A DNA stretch of 64,000 bases from contig OZ241841.1 in NCBI GenBank assembly GCA_965202665.1, positions 96,001 through 160,000 on the forward strand, given 5' to 3'. The position numbers and the translations under genes were made by a program. The stretch's first letter is position 1, and each line of letters opens with the position of its first letter. Origin of the DNA: Candidatus Spongiisociaceae bacterium (lineage in GTDB: Bacteria > Actinomycetota > Acidimicrobiia > Spongiisociales > Spongiisociaceae). Positions 1-10,125 of this stretch are shown piece by piece. Under the pieces are notes generated by a model. That model was not told the DNA's origin. It searched no databases and saw nothing but the letters and a program-made list of their open reading frames with translations.

Positions 1-657
1 GGAGCCCCCCCCGGTCACTTCCGTTAGGAAAAAGTTGGTGCGCCGTTCGCGTCCGATGGTGGTGGGCGGGCCGTGACCGGGGAGCACCCGCGTCTCGTCG
101 TCCAAGGGGAGCACCTGCTCCGCCATGCTCCTCATCAGAGTCTGGTAGTCCCCTCCGGGCAGGTCGGTGCGTCCCACTGAACCTTGGAAGAGTTGGTCGC
201 CGGAGAAGAGGATTCCCTCGGATGGGATGCGGAAGCAACAGTGGCCCGGGGTGTGCCCGGGGGTGTGGAGGGTCTCCAATTGGATGCCCGCCAGCTCCAG
301 GACAAGTCCGTCTTTGAGGGGCTGGTAATGCTCGGGCGGGGCGTAGTCGCCCGGGGGGACCATTCCCAGCAGGGAGCGCAACTGGTCTTCGGGACGGGCG
401 GTGAGGAAGTCGTCGTCGGGGTGGATGTAGGCGGTGATGCCGCTGGAACGGGTCAGGGGCCCCGCCCCGCCCACATGATCCACATGGCCGTGGGTGACCA
501 GCAACGCCGCCGGAATCAGATTGTGGACGGCTAGCAACTCCAGTATGCCGCGCCCGTCGGGCGGGGCGTCGACCACCACCGCCGGGCCGCCCGCTTCTAG
601 GGCGACGACGTAGGTGTTGGTGGCGGCCAGCCAGAGTTCGCGTTGTTCGATCAGCAT
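1..657 (-). CDS. MBL-fold metallo-hydrolase (glyoxalase II/YcbL-like); 3' end runs off the window
   Basis: Hand translation of the minus strand from ATG 657: MLIEQRELWLAATNTY...THGHVDH...HTPGHTPG...FSGDQLF..SVGRTDLPGGD...VLPGHG. Not in the ORF track because it has no stop inside the window. Confidence 0.9.
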   Translation of the reverse strand, partial: MLIEQRELWLAATNTYVVALEAGGPAVVVDAPPDGRGILELLAVHNLIPAALLVTHGHVDHVGGAGPLTRSSGITAYIHPDDDFLTARPEDQLRSLLGMVPPGDYAPPEHYQPLKDGLVLELAGIQLETLHTPGHTPGHCCFRIPSEGILFSGDQLFQGSVGRTDLPGGDYQTLMRSMAEQVLPLDDETRVLPGHGPPTTIGRERRTNFFLTEVTGGGS

Positions 658-669
658 CACCGGTGGAGG

Positions 670-2064
670 TTAGCCGGAGGACGCGACAAAACCTTTCCCC
701 GGCGAGCCCTCCGCCCAGGCATCCCGCACTTGAAACCCCTCCGGCAGGGAGACGACCTTGCGCAGGGACCCGTCCTCCCCGTCGAGCAGGCTGATCGTCG
801 AGCCGTCCGCGTACAGCGCTTCGTCCTCCGCCGTCAACCACACCCGGTGGTTCCGTTGCGGGAAGTCGAATGGGATGATCCGGTCGTCGACGGTCGCTAT
901 ATGCTCCACCGTCCCCGATGTCACATGGACCCGGTACAGCGACCAGTAGTCACCCCGGTCCGGGAGGAATAAGGTGAGAAAAGCATCGGCGGCGTATATG
1001 GGCCCGTCGTGGAGGACGCGCGCCGATCTCCAATAGCCGACCCCCGGTTTTTCCACTGTGCGCAAATATTTTTTGGTTCTCATATCAGCCACAATTATTT
1101 CATTGATTTGATAGTCATATTCTTCGGGCCCCGCCTTGTATCCGGGACCGGTGAAATACAGCGGTATGGTTTCGTAATATGCTAACGCTATAAGCTCTTG
1201 ATCGTTTACCCCTACCACCTCCGGGCATATGGAAAGGTTGTATATGTTGCACCGAAGGAACCGTTTAGTAAGAACGCTCTCCAAAATAATTCTTTCGTTT
1301 TCCGACACCATTAGCAGCTTGTTTCCCACGACCGCCTCCACTCGGTATGGGTTCTCCAGTTGTTCCATGAAAAAGTTTCTGCCCGTACCGACCTCAAATC
1401 CATCAACCAACGTAGAATCCAAATCGCTGGGCCCGGAGCGCTGGATTATCCAAATTCGCTCTCCGTCCGCGCTAGCGACAGCATGCGGGTACTGCTGGTA
1501 TATCGGAAATGCGCTGGGCTCAGTATGGAAATCAGAAAAAAGATAGGCTAGACAGTCATATCCGGAAACGGCAATCACCTCGCCGTTGGGTGTGAAAGAT
1601 ATATCCTCCCGATAATATAGCGCATCAGAATAAAGAAAGGAAGGGTCATAAGCATACGTTGTGATCTTGAGCTCACTCAAGTCAACGACCATAATATCTG
1701 TCAGATATTCGTCAACCTCTATTGCCAATATTTTACCCGACAGCTGTGGTCCGTCCCATAGAAAGCGGCTCTCCGATACGCTAACGGGTAAGGTAACTGG
1801 CGGTTCATCATCGCATTGATCTTTCTGTAAATCAAAAACTGTGGTGGTAGTATTAACAACAGTCGTATCCGACGCTTCCATAAAACTCTGCTGGACAGGC
1901 TCCTCTATCAGCACAGCAGCAGACGTAGCGCCTGCATCGCATTTTGCGGGATCATCAAGATCACAGGTCGCCGCTTCAGGAGAGCCTCCCCAAATAACTA
2001 TCCCTAAGCAAATCAATATAAATGCCGAAAGAACCACGGAAAAAATACGATTCACAGCGACCAT
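670..2064 (-). CDS. Hypothetical exported/membrane-anchored protein, possibly beta-propeller-rich
   Basis: 464-aa ORF with an N-terminal hydrophobic helix, a Cys pair and a Thr-rich linker; fills the gap between rel and the MBL gene; mostly lower GC than its flanks. Confidence 0.7.
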   Translation of the reverse strand: MVAVNRIFSVVLSAFILICLGIVIWGGSPEAATCDLDDPAKCDAGATSAAVLIEEPVQQSFMEASDTTVVNTTTTVFDLQKDQCDDEPPVTLPVSVSESRFLWDGPQLSGKILAIEVDEYLTDIMVVDLSELKITTYAYDPSFLYSDALYYREDISFTPNGEVIAVSGYDCLAYLFSDFHTEPSAFPIYQQYPHAVASADGERIWIIQRSGPSDLDSTLVDGFEVGTGRNFFMEQLENPYRVEAVVGNKLLMVSENERIILESVLTKRFLRCNIYNLSICPEVVGVNDQELIALAYYETIPLYFTGPGYKAGPEEYDYQINEIIVADMRTKKYLRTVEKPGVGYWRSARVLHDGPIYAADAFLTLFLPDRGDYWSLYRVHVTSGTVEHIATVDDRIIPFDFPQRNHRVWLTAEDEALYADGSTISLLDGEDGSLRKVVSLPEGFQVRDAWAEGSPGKGFVASSG

Positions 2065-2079
2065 ACAAGAATCCCTGGG

Positions 2080-4269
2080 TTATGGGCCGGTGGTTCTTAA
2101 ACGGACCGCCTCGTAGACGCTGGCCACGTTGCGCATCTGGCGGAGAATTCCATCCACCTGTCCCGGGTCGGACAACTCCACCTCGTAACGCAACACCGCC
2201 ACCCGGTCCCGATCGGTGCGGGTGGAGGAAGCCACGATGTTCCCCCCCGCCTCGGAAATGACCTCGGTCACATTCGCCAACAGCTTGGGACGATCCAAAG
2301 CCTCCACCTGAAACCAGACCGTGAAACTACGCACCCAGTCCGGCACCCACGACACCTCGATCATCCGCTCCGGCCGCTCCCCCAGCCGCTCAATGTTGGC
2401 GCAGTCCGCCCGATGCACCGACACCCCCCGCCCCACCGTCACGAAGCCGGTTATGTCATCCCCCGGCACCGGCCCGCAACAACGGGCGATCCGCACCCAC
2501 ATATCATCGTAACCCTCCACGATCACCCCCTCCCCCGCGGGCCGCAAAGCGGGACGGGAGGGACGCCCCGCCGGTTCCAAATCCAAATCCTCCGGCCCCT
2601 CCGCCAACCGCCGCATGCGGGCGGCCACCGTCAGCGGCGACAAACCCCCGTCCCCCACCGCCACATGCATGGCGTCCGCATCGGCGTAACCCAACGCGGT
2701 AGCCGTCTCCGCCAGCAACCCGGTCCGCTCCCCGGCGGGGACTGCCACCCGCTCCCGGCGCAGGGCGTCCTTCACCCGCACCCGGCCCTCCTGCAGGGAA
2801 GTTTCCCGCCGGGTGCGGCTGAACCATTGCCGGATGCGGGAGCGGGCCCGGGAGGTGCGGACGAAGCCCAGCCAATCCCGGGTCGGCCCGTAGTCCTCCG
2901 CTTTGGTGGTGATGATCTCCACGATGTCCCCGGAGGACAGCTCAGTGGCCAGCGTGACCAGCCGCCCGTTCACTTTGGCCCCCGCGCACCGGTGCCCCAC
3001 CTCGGTGTGAATGGAATAGGCGAAGTCCACCGGGGTGGCGCCCCGGGGCAGGGTGCGCACCTCCCCCTGTGGGGTGAGCACGAACACCTCGTCCCGGTAC
3101 AAATCCAGTTTCAGGTTGTCCAGGAACTCCACCGGGTCGGGATGCTCCTCCCACACCTGCCTCATATCGGCGATCCACGGCAGTTTTTCGCTGTCCGCGC
3201 CCTGCTTGTAACGCCAATGGGCGGCGATTCCGAACTCGGCCCGGGCGTGCATCTCGTGGGTGCGGATTTGCGCCTCCAGGGGTTTCCCGTCCGGGCCGAC
3301 CACCGTGGTGTGCAGGCTCTGATACAGGTTGAATTTGGGCATGGCCACGTAGTCTTTGAACCGCCCCTGCACCGGGGCCCAGGCGGAGTGGATCAGCCCC
3401 AGGGCGGCGTAGCAGTCGGTAACCTCCCTCACCAGAATCCGCACCCCGATCAGGTCGTAAATGTCCTCGAAGCTGAGCCGGCTGTCCATCATTTTGCGGT
3501 AGATGGAATAGTGGTGCTTGGGGCGCCCGCTCAGCTCCGCCTCCACCCCGGCCGCCTCCAGCATCACCCTTATCTCCCCGATGACTTTTTCTATCACCGC
3601 CTCCCGTTCCGGGGCGCGGTGCGCGATCAGGTCGTCTATTTCCTGATAGCGGCCCGAATAGAGAATCTTGAAAGAACGGTTTTCCATCTCGTGCTTGATC
3701 TCTTGGAAACCGAGACGGTGGGCCAGCGGAGCCAAAATCTCCAAGGTTTCCCGGGCCTTCACCCGGCGCCGCTCCTCGGGGAGGGGATGTATGGTGCGCA
3801 GATTGTGCAGTCGGTCGGCCAGCTTGATGATCAGCACCCGCACGTCCTGGGCCATGGCCACCATCATCTTGCGCACCGTCTCCGCCTGCGCCTCCTCCCG
3901 GGACAGGTCGAATTTAACCCGGTCCAGTTTGGTCACCCCGTCGATGATGCGAGCCACGTTGGAGCCGAACTCCCGCTCGGCGTCCTCCACGGTGAAGTCG
4001 GTGTCCTCCACCGTGTCGTGCAACAGGGCGGCGGCGATGGATTCGGCGTCCAAGCCGTAGGCGGCCAACACCTGGGCCACCGCGATGGGGTGGGTGATGA
4101 ACGGATCGCCGGACAATCGGAACTGGCCGGCGTGGGTGCGCTGGGCTATGTCGTAGGCCCGCATCACCAGCTCCTCATCGGCGGACGGGAAATGGCGGCG
4201 CAGGTCGTTGAGGATGGGGGCTAGTTCGGAGCGGGCGGCGTCCAACCGGGCGGCGGCCGGCTCAGGCAT
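2080..4269 (-). CDS. rel: Bifunctional (p)ppGpp synthetase/hydrolase RelA/SpoT
   Basis: HD motif (ALLHDTVED), synthetase motifs (GRPKHHYS, YQSLHT, EAQIRT), TGS, ZFD (CCGPVPGD) and ACT domains; ATG 4269 overlaps the end of apt. Confidence 0.97.
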   Translation of the reverse strand: MPEPAAARLDAARSELAPILNDLRRHFPSADEELVMRAYDIAQRTHAGQFRLSGDPFITHPIAVAQVLAAYGLDAESIAAALLHDTVEDTDFTVEDAEREFGSNVARIIDGVTKLDRVKFDLSREEAQAETVRKMMVAMAQDVRVLIIKLADRLHNLRTIHPLPEERRRVKARETLEILAPLAHRLGFQEIKHEMENRSFKILYSGRYQEIDDLIAHRAPEREAVIEKVIGEIRVMLEAAGVEAELSGRPKHHYSIYRKMMDSRLSFEDIYDLIGVRILVREVTDCYAALGLIHSAWAPVQGRFKDYVAMPKFNLYQSLHTTVVGPDGKPLEAQIRTHEMHARAEFGIAAHWRYKQGADSEKLPWIADMRQVWEEHPDPVEFLDNLKLDLYRDEVFVLTPQGEVRTLPRGATPVDFAYSIHTEVGHRCAGAKVNGRLVTLATELSSGDIVEIITTKAEDYGPTRDWLGFVRTSRARSRIRQWFSRTRRETSLQEGRVRVKDALRRERVAVPAGERTGLLAETATALGYADADAMHVAVGDGGLSPLTVAARMRRLAEGPEDLDLEPAGRPSRPALRPAGEGVIVEGYDDMWVRIARCCGPVPGDDITGFVTVGRGVSVHRADCANIERLGERPERMIEVSWVPDWVRSFTVWFQVEALDRPKLLANVTEVISEAGGNIVASSTRTDRDRVAVLRYEVELSDPGQVDGILRQMRNVASVYEAVRLRTTGP

Positions 4270-4786
4270 AAGAGACGATGGTGTGAAATTCAATCCCCGG
4301 CAGGGCCTCCCTCCCGTTCAGAAACTCCAGCTCTATGAAAGCCCCCAGCCCGGCCACCTCCGCCCCGAAATGACGCACCAGCCGCGCCGCCGCCCCGGCT
4401 GTTCCCCCGGTGGCCACCACATCGTCCACGATCAGCACCCGCTCCCCGGGGTTGATGGCGTCGACGTGGGCTTGCAAAGCGTCGCTTCCGTACTCCAGCT
4501 GGTATTCCTCGGCGTGGACCCGGTAGGGAAGTTTGCCCGGTTTGCGGAACGGAGCGAAGCCCACTCCCAAAGCCAGGGCCACCGGGGTGGCCAGGGTGAA
4601 GCCGCGGGCTTCGATCCCCGCCACCCTGGTGACGCCCGCCCCCCGGAACGGTTCGGCGATCAGTTCCACCAGGGAAGCCAAAGCCCGGGGGTCGGCCAGC
4701 ACCGGGGTCACATCTTTGAACATGACGCCTTCCACCGGATAGTCGGGAACATCGCGCACCAAGGCGCGCAACTCGGACGGTCCCAT
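4262..4786 (-). CDS. apt: Adenine phosphoribosyltransferase
   Basis: VPDYP..GVMFKD, GIEARGF, RKPGKLP, VDDVVATGGT; secF-apt-rel synteny. Confidence 0.97.
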   Translation of the reverse strand: MGPSELRALVRDVPDYPVEGVMFKDVTPVLADPRALASLVELIAEPFRGAGVTRVAGIEARGFTLATPVALALGVGFAPFRKPGKLPYRVHAEEYQLEYGSDALQAHVDAINPGERVLIVDDVVATGGTAGAAARLVRHFGAEVAGLGAFIELEFLNGREALPGIEFHTIVSYA

Positions 4787-4874
4787 TGTCGTGCTCCTGA
4801 CTGTCGGCGGGCCCCATGGGATTGCGGGAACGGCTATTTTACCGAACCGGCGCCCACCCGGCCAAGAATTGGGG

Positions 4875-5900
4875 TCAGCGGCGGTCCCGGCTGCTCAACC
4901 GGCCCCCGCCCCCCGTCGCCGGACCGGGCCGGCCCGTAGGGCGGCGGGAGGCTTTGCGTTCGGTGCGGAAACGGCGGCGGCGCCACTCGTCCTCCCGCTC
5001 CTTCCACAAAGCCAACAGCGGAACGGCCACGAAGATGGAGGAGTAGGTCCCGGCGGCGATTCCCACGAACAGGGCCAAGGCGAACTCGCGCAAGGTGCCC
5101 GCCCCCAGCAGCAGCGACCCGATGAACAGCAACGATCCCACCGGCAACAGGCTGGTCAGGGAAGTGTTTATGGAACGCATCAGCACCTGGTTCATGGCGC
5201 GGTTGACCAGTTCGGTGTAGGTGCGCCGATGCTGATCTTCGGCTACGTTCTCCCGCACCTTGTCGTACACCACCACCGTGTCGTACAGGGAATAGCCGAG
5301 GATGGTCAGCACCGCCACCACCGTGGCCGGGGTGACCTCGAAGCCGAGCAGGGAATAGGCCCCGGCGGTGATGACCAGATCGTGCAAGAGGGCGGTGATG
5401 GCCCCCACCGCCATCTTCCATTCAAACCGGATGCTGATGAACACCACCACCACCGCCAGGAAAACCAGCAGGGCCTGCACCGCCCGGCGGGTGACCTGCC
5501 GCCCGAAGGTGGGCCCGACCGAATCGGCGTCGGTCAGTTCGATTTCGGTGCCGGTCGCCGCCACCAAATCCAGGACCATCCGCCGTTCGGCCTCCAGATC
5601 CAGCGACTCGGTCTGTACCCGCACCACGGCCCCGTCGTCGACGAGCTGGATGCGGGCCGTATCCCCCGCCGCGCCCAGGGCCGTCCGCACCGCCCCGATG
5701 TCCGCCCCGGCCGGGTTGGGGGAGGTGATGGAAATGCCGCCGGTGAAATCAATTCCCAGGTTCAGGTTGCGGACGGCCAGCGAACCGAGGCAGAGGAGCA
5801 AAGCCGCCGCCGACACTATGAACCAGCGCCGGTGGTTGCCCACCACGTCGAAGGCGGTCTCCCCCCGGTACAGGCGGCGTAACAGGGAACCCCGGCTCAT
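4875..5900 (-). CDS. secF: Protein translocase subunit SecF
   Basis: LNLGIDFTGG, GYSLYDTVVVYDKVRE, RSINTS; start placed at the ATGA overlap with the secD stop. Confidence 0.96.
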   Translation of the reverse strand: MSRGSLLRRLYRGETAFDVVGNHRRWFIVSAAALLLCLGSLAVRNLNLGIDFTGGISITSPNPAGADIGAVRTALGAAGDTARIQLVDDGAVVRVQTESLDLEAERRMVLDLVAATGTEIELTDADSVGPTFGRQVTRRAVQALLVFLAVVVVFISIRFEWKMAVGAITALLHDLVITAGAYSLLGFEVTPATVVAVLTILGYSLYDTVVVYDKVRENVAEDQHRRTYTELVNRAMNQVLMRSINTSLTSLLPVGSLLFIGSLLLGAGTLREFALALFVGIAAGTYSSIFVAVPLLALWKEREDEWRRRRFRTERKASRRPTGRPGPATGGGGRLSSRDRR

Positions 5901-7405
5901 GCGCCCCCCTCCCCCGCCGGTTTTCGGCCCCGCAGTCCGGCGGCCGTCCATTTGCCGAGGCGGCTGCGCACCAGAATTCCGCCCGCGTTGCGGGTGAAGA
6001 AGTAGAACACGATCACATCCAGGACGGTGGCTATTCCCAAAGCCTGGGCGAACCCCCGTACCGGCCCCACCGCCAAAATCCACAGCAACAGGGCCCCCAC
6101 GAACGACACGAAGTCGGCGGTGAGGATGGTGCGGAAGGCCCGGCGGTAGGCTTCGTTGGCCGCGTCCACCACCGTCCTCCCTTTGCGTATCTCCTCCCGC
6201 ACGCGTTCGAAGTAGACGATGTAGGAGTCGGCGGTGATGCCCACCGCCACGATCACCCCCGCCACCCCGGCCAAAGTAAGGGTGAGTCCTTGGATCACCC
6301 CCAGCAACCCGAACACCAAAACCAGCAAGGAGCCGAAGATCGTCAAACCGATTAAAGTCACCAGGCCCATCGCCCGGTAGTAGGCGATCAGGAAAATTAT
6401 GACCAAAATCAATCCGCCGATCCCGGCCGCCAGCCCGGCCCGCAAAGAATCATCCCCCAGGGTGGCCGACACTTTCTGCACCGCCGAGCGTTCGAAGGCC
6501 ACCGGCAACGACCCGTAGCGGAGCACGGTGGTCAGATCCCGGGCTTCCGCCTCGGAGTTTTCATCGTTGCCGAAGGTGATGATGGACGTGCCGCCGGTGA
6601 TGCCCTCCGAGGTCACGTCGTCGGCCATGGCGGGGGCGGAAACCACCGTCCCGTCCAAAACGATGGCCATCCGGCGCTGGGGGGTGCCGACCGCGTTCAG
6701 GGCCAGGCGGCCGGTGATGTCGGCGAACCTTTCGGCCCCCGCCGGGGTGAGGTTGAGTTGCACCACCCAGGTTCCCGGGGTGTACTGGCCGTAGATGGGC
6801 AGGGCCGATTCCACTTCGGCCCCGGTCAGGTCGGCCGGACCCACCTCGTAGACGGCCGCTATTCCCCCCTCTTCGTCCAGCTCGGGCAGAAAAGCCCGGG
6901 AGCTTTGGATGTCATCTTGCATGGTCAGGCCGAGGACGGGATCCACCCCCGGCGGGAAGACAAAGTCCTCCCCGGCCTCTTCGGCTTCGATCAGGATCGG
7001 GGAACGCTCATCCAAGGTGCAGGTGGAACCCCTGAAGGCGGCGCTGGAAACGGAGGCGGTGCAGTTTAGAACCTGGCGGAAGGAAAGAAGGCCGGTGCGG
7101 CCCACCGCGTCCAAGGCCCGCTCCTGGTCGGTCACCCCCGGCAACTGCACCAGCACCGACGTGCCGCCGGTGATGGAAATCTCCGGTTCCTGCACGTTGC
7201 CGAAGTCTTCGATGCGGTTGCGCATCACCTCCACCGCCTGCTCCACCACCTCGGGGTCGACGCCCTCCGGGGCTTCCAGGATGACCGAGGTCCCTCCTTG
7301 CAGGTCCAGTCCCAGACGAGGCGTCCAGCCGAGGAAAAAGGCGCCCGTCAAACCGCCCCAGGCCACTCCGGCCATCACCAGGACGGCCGTCCACCGACGC
7401 CACAT
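5897..7405 (-). CDS. secD: Protein translocase subunit SecD
   Basis: LGLDLQGG, LRYGSLP, SATLG, GITADSYIVYFERVREE. Confidence 0.97.
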   Translation of the reverse strand: MWRRWTAVLVMAGVAWGGLTGAFFLGWTPRLGLDLQGGTSVILEAPEGVDPEVVEQAVEVMRNRIEDFGNVQEPEISITGGTSVLVQLPGVTDQERALDAVGRTGLLSFRQVLNCTASVSSAAFRGSTCTLDERSPILIEAEEAGEDFVFPPGVDPVLGLTMQDDIQSSRAFLPELDEEGGIAAVYEVGPADLTGAEVESALPIYGQYTPGTWVVQLNLTPAGAERFADITGRLALNAVGTPQRRMAIVLDGTVVSAPAMADDVTSEGITGGTSIITFGNDENSEAEARDLTTVLRYGSLPVAFERSAVQKVSATLGDDSLRAGLAAGIGGLILVIIFLIAYYRAMGLVTLIGLTIFGSLLVLVFGLLGVIQGLTLTLAGVAGVIVAVGITADSYIVYFERVREEIRKGRTVVDAANEAYRRAFRTILTADFVSFVGALLLWILAVGPVRGFAQALGIATVLDVIVFYFFTRNAGGILVRSRLGKWTAAGLRGRKPAGEGGA

Positions 7406-7411
7406 GGAAGG

Positions 7412-7825
7412 TTAGTTCCCGCCTGTTCCCATAATGTCGGTGCCGGGATCGGAATTGGCGCTTCCGCCCACTTTGCCGGCGATGGCCGACCGGGACACCC
7501 GAATCCGGCCTTCTTCCATGGCCAGCACCAAATGGTCGTCGGCGATGCCCACCACCATCCCGAACAGGCCGCCGATGGTGCGCACGTTGTCGCCCACTTC
7601 CAGGCTGGCGTTCAATTCCTGTTGCTGACGGGTCCTCCTCCGTTGCGGCCGGATCATCAGGAAATAGATGATGGCCCCAAACAGGGCCAGGTAAATCAAT
7701 ATCCCGGGGCCCCCCAGGCCGCCGCCGCTGCTGCCTTCTCCGGCAGCTGTGCAACCGCCGGCCGCTAGGGCCAAGGCCAGCAGGGCCAACGGGCCGCCCC
7801 ATCCGTTTTTAGCTAACAATTTCAC
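7412..7825 (-). CDS. yajC: Preprotein translocase subunit YajC
   Basis: YFLMIRPQRRR...LEVGDNVRTIGGLFG; located between tgt and secD. Confidence 0.93.
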   Translation of the reverse strand: MKLLAKNGWGGPLALLALALAAGGCTAAGEGSSGGGLGGPGILIYLALFGAIIYFLMIRPQRRRTRQQQELNASLEVGDNVRTIGGLFGMVVGIADDHLVLAMEEGRIRVSRSAIAGKVGGSANSDPGTDIMGTGGN

Positions 7826-7931
7826 CGAGTTTCAACCTCTCGTCTATCCGACCGCCGGCGGCGGTTCGTCCAAGCGCGGCGCGCCCGCCCGGAGGTTGGC
7901 GCCGGGCAACGGACATTGCGCCGTCCCGATA

Positions 7932-9074
7932 TTAGCCGACTCCGATTTTAACGTGGGAATCCCCGTCCGGCGCCGGGGCCCGGCTTCTCACAACCTCCCG
8001 CCGGAACCGCTGAAAATCCCCCCGTTCGATGGCTTCCCGGGCATCGGCCAGCAACTTCTGGGTGACGGTGAGGTTGTGGACCGACAGCAACCGTTGCACG
8101 CCTGCTTCTTTAGTTGCCGTCAGATGGCGCAGGTAGGCGCGGGTATGAGTACGGCACACCGCGCAGGAGCATTCCCCGTCCAATGGACGTTCGTCGGCGG
8201 CGTAAGCGGCCCCCCGGATACCGTAGTCCCCCCGGCGGGTGATGACCTTGCCGTGGCGGGCCAGGCGGGTGGGCCACACGCAGTCGAACAGGTCCGCCCC
8301 CCGGGCGATGGAATCCAACATTCCCTCCAAGTCGCCCAAGCCCATCACGTAGCGCACCGCCCCGGCGGGCAGATGGGCCGCGGTCGCCTCCACCGCCCGG
8401 TTGCGCTCTTCGGCGGGCTCCCCCACCGACAGCCCTCCGATGCCGAATCCGTCCACCGGCAACTGGGCGGTGCGGCGGGCGCTCTCCGCCCGCAAATCGG
8501 GGTCGACTCCCCCTTGCACTATCCCGAACAGCGCCTGGTCGGGGCGGGTGCGGGCGGCCGTCGCCCGCTCCAGCCAGCGCAGGGTGCGCTCCATCGCTTC
8601 TTCCGCCTCCTCCCGGGGGGCGGGGAGGCCGATGCACACGTCCAGCGCCATGGCGATGTCGGGGCCGAGCTGTTCCTGGACGCGCACCGCATCCTCCGGG
8701 GTAAGCGTCACCGCCGACCCGTCGTAGACCGACCGGAACCGGGCGCCCTGTTCGTCGACTTCCGGATCCAGGGAAAAAATCTGGTAGCCGCCCGAGTCGG
8801 TGAGGATGGGGCCCTCCCAGGCGGTAAAGCGGTGCAGGCCGCCCATCCGCTCCACCAGTCCCGCCCCGGGCCGCAACATCAGGTGGTAGGTGTTGGACAA
8901 AATCATTTCCGCCCCGGTTTCCGCCAAGTCCCTGACGTCCAAGGTTTTGACCGCCGCCCGGGTGCCGACCGGCATAAAAGCGGGGGTTTCCACCGTTCCG
9001 TGCGGGGTGGTGATCCGTCCCCGGCGGGCCTCCCCGTCCGCGGCCAGAACCTGATAGGAAACGGGAGCGGCCAT
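7932..9074 (-). CDS. tgt: tRNA-guanine transglycosylase
   Basis: TPAFMPVGT, NTYHL, TDSGGYQ, GIVQGG, DCVWPTR, C-x-C-xx-C zinc site; ATG overlaps the queA TAA. Confidence 0.97.
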   Translation of the reverse strand: MAAPVSYQVLAADGEARRGRITTPHGTVETPAFMPVGTRAAVKTLDVRDLAETGAEMILSNTYHLMLRPGAGLVERMGGLHRFTAWEGPILTDSGGYQIFSLDPEVDEQGARFRSVYDGSAVTLTPEDAVRVQEQLGPDIAMALDVCIGLPAPREEAEEAMERTLRWLERATAARTRPDQALFGIVQGGVDPDLRAESARRTAQLPVDGFGIGGLSVGEPAEERNRAVEATAAHLPAGAVRYVMGLGDLEGMLDSIARGADLFDCVWPTRLARHGKVITRRGDYGIRGAAYAADERPLDGECSCAVCRTHTRAYLRHLTATKEAGVQRLLSVHNLTVTQKLLADAREAIERGDFQRFRREVVRSRAPAPDGDSHVKIGVG

Positions 9075-10090
9075 TACGAAGCCCCGGCCCGTTCCGCCAG
9101 CATGGCGTCGCCGAAAGACAGGAAGCGGTAACGGCGGTCCAGGGCGGCGCGATAGGCGGCCCGCCACCGCTCCCCCATGAAGGCGGCCACCAGCGCCAAC
9201 AGCGAGGAGCGGGGGATGTGGAAGTTGGTCATCATCAGGTCCACTGCCCGGAAACGGTAGCCGGGCGTGATGTACAAACTGGTGAAACCCCGGAAAGGGC
9301 GGCCCTCCCCCCCGGCGGCGGCCGTCTCCAGGGAACGCACCACGGTGGTGCCGATGGCGGCCACCCGGCCTCCGGCGGCCCGGCAGGAGGCCACCCGTTG
9401 GGCGGTAGCGGCCGGCACCTCCGCCCATTCCGAATGAATTTGGTGGTCCTCCAGGCGGGCGGCGGTGATGGGGCGAAAAGTGTCCAAACCCACCTGCAGT
9501 TCCACTTTCGCCACCCCTATCTCCCGCTCCCGCAAAGCGGCCAACAGGCCCTGCGTTAGGTGGAGGGCGGCGGTGGGGGCGGCCGCCGAACCGACCTTGC
9601 GGCCGAACACGGTCTGGTAGCGCTCCGGATCGTCCAGCGCGGCGCGGATGTAGGGGGGGAGGGGGATTTCCCCGGCGACGGCGATCGCCTCCTCCACGTC
9701 CCGCCCGCCCGCATCCAGCGTCACCTGCGCCCGGCCCTGCCGCGGTTCGTCTTCCAAACGGGCGGAAAGCGAACCGAATTCCAGGACGGTTCCCGACCGC
9801 AACCGCCGGGCGGGCCGGAGCAGCGCCTCCCATCTTTCCCCGATGCGGCCCAGCAGCAGCATTTCCACCGCCCCGCCGGTGCCCCGCCTCCGCCCCCGCA
9901 AGCGGGCGGCCCGCACCCGGGTTTCGTTGACCACCGCCAAGTCGCCCGGACGCAACAGGCGGGGCAGGTCCCGCACCGTCCAGTCGGACAGGTCGGATGT
10001 CCGCAACAGGCGGGCCGAGTCGCGCGGTTCCGCCGGATGCTGCGCCACCCGCTCCTCGGGCAACTGGTAGGCGAACTCCGCGGTCTCCAC
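9074..10090 (-). CDS. queA: S-adenosylmethionine:tRNA ribosyltransferase-isomerase
   Basis: PLPPYI, YQTVF, AAPTAALH, GTTVVRSLE, TNFHIPRS, YRFLSFGDAM. Confidence 0.97.
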   Translation of the reverse strand: METAEFAYQLPEERVAQHPAEPRDSARLLRTSDLSDWTVRDLPRLLRPGDLAVVNETRVRAARLRGRRRGTGGAVEMLLLGRIGERWEALLRPARRLRSGTVLEFGSLSARLEDEPRQGRAQVTLDAGGRDVEEAIAVAGEIPLPPYIRAALDDPERYQTVFGRKVGSAAAPTAALHLTQGLLAALREREIGVAKVELQVGLDTFRPITAARLEDHQIHSEWAEVPAATAQRVASCRAAGGRVAAIGTTVVRSLETAAAGGEGRPFRGFTSLYITPGYRFRAVDLMMTNFHIPRSSLLALVAAFMGERWRAAYRAALDRRYRFLSFGDAMLAERAGAS

Positions 10091-10125
10091 TCTCTTCGAT
10101 TGCGCTCAGTCGCCGGGGGGCAGGG

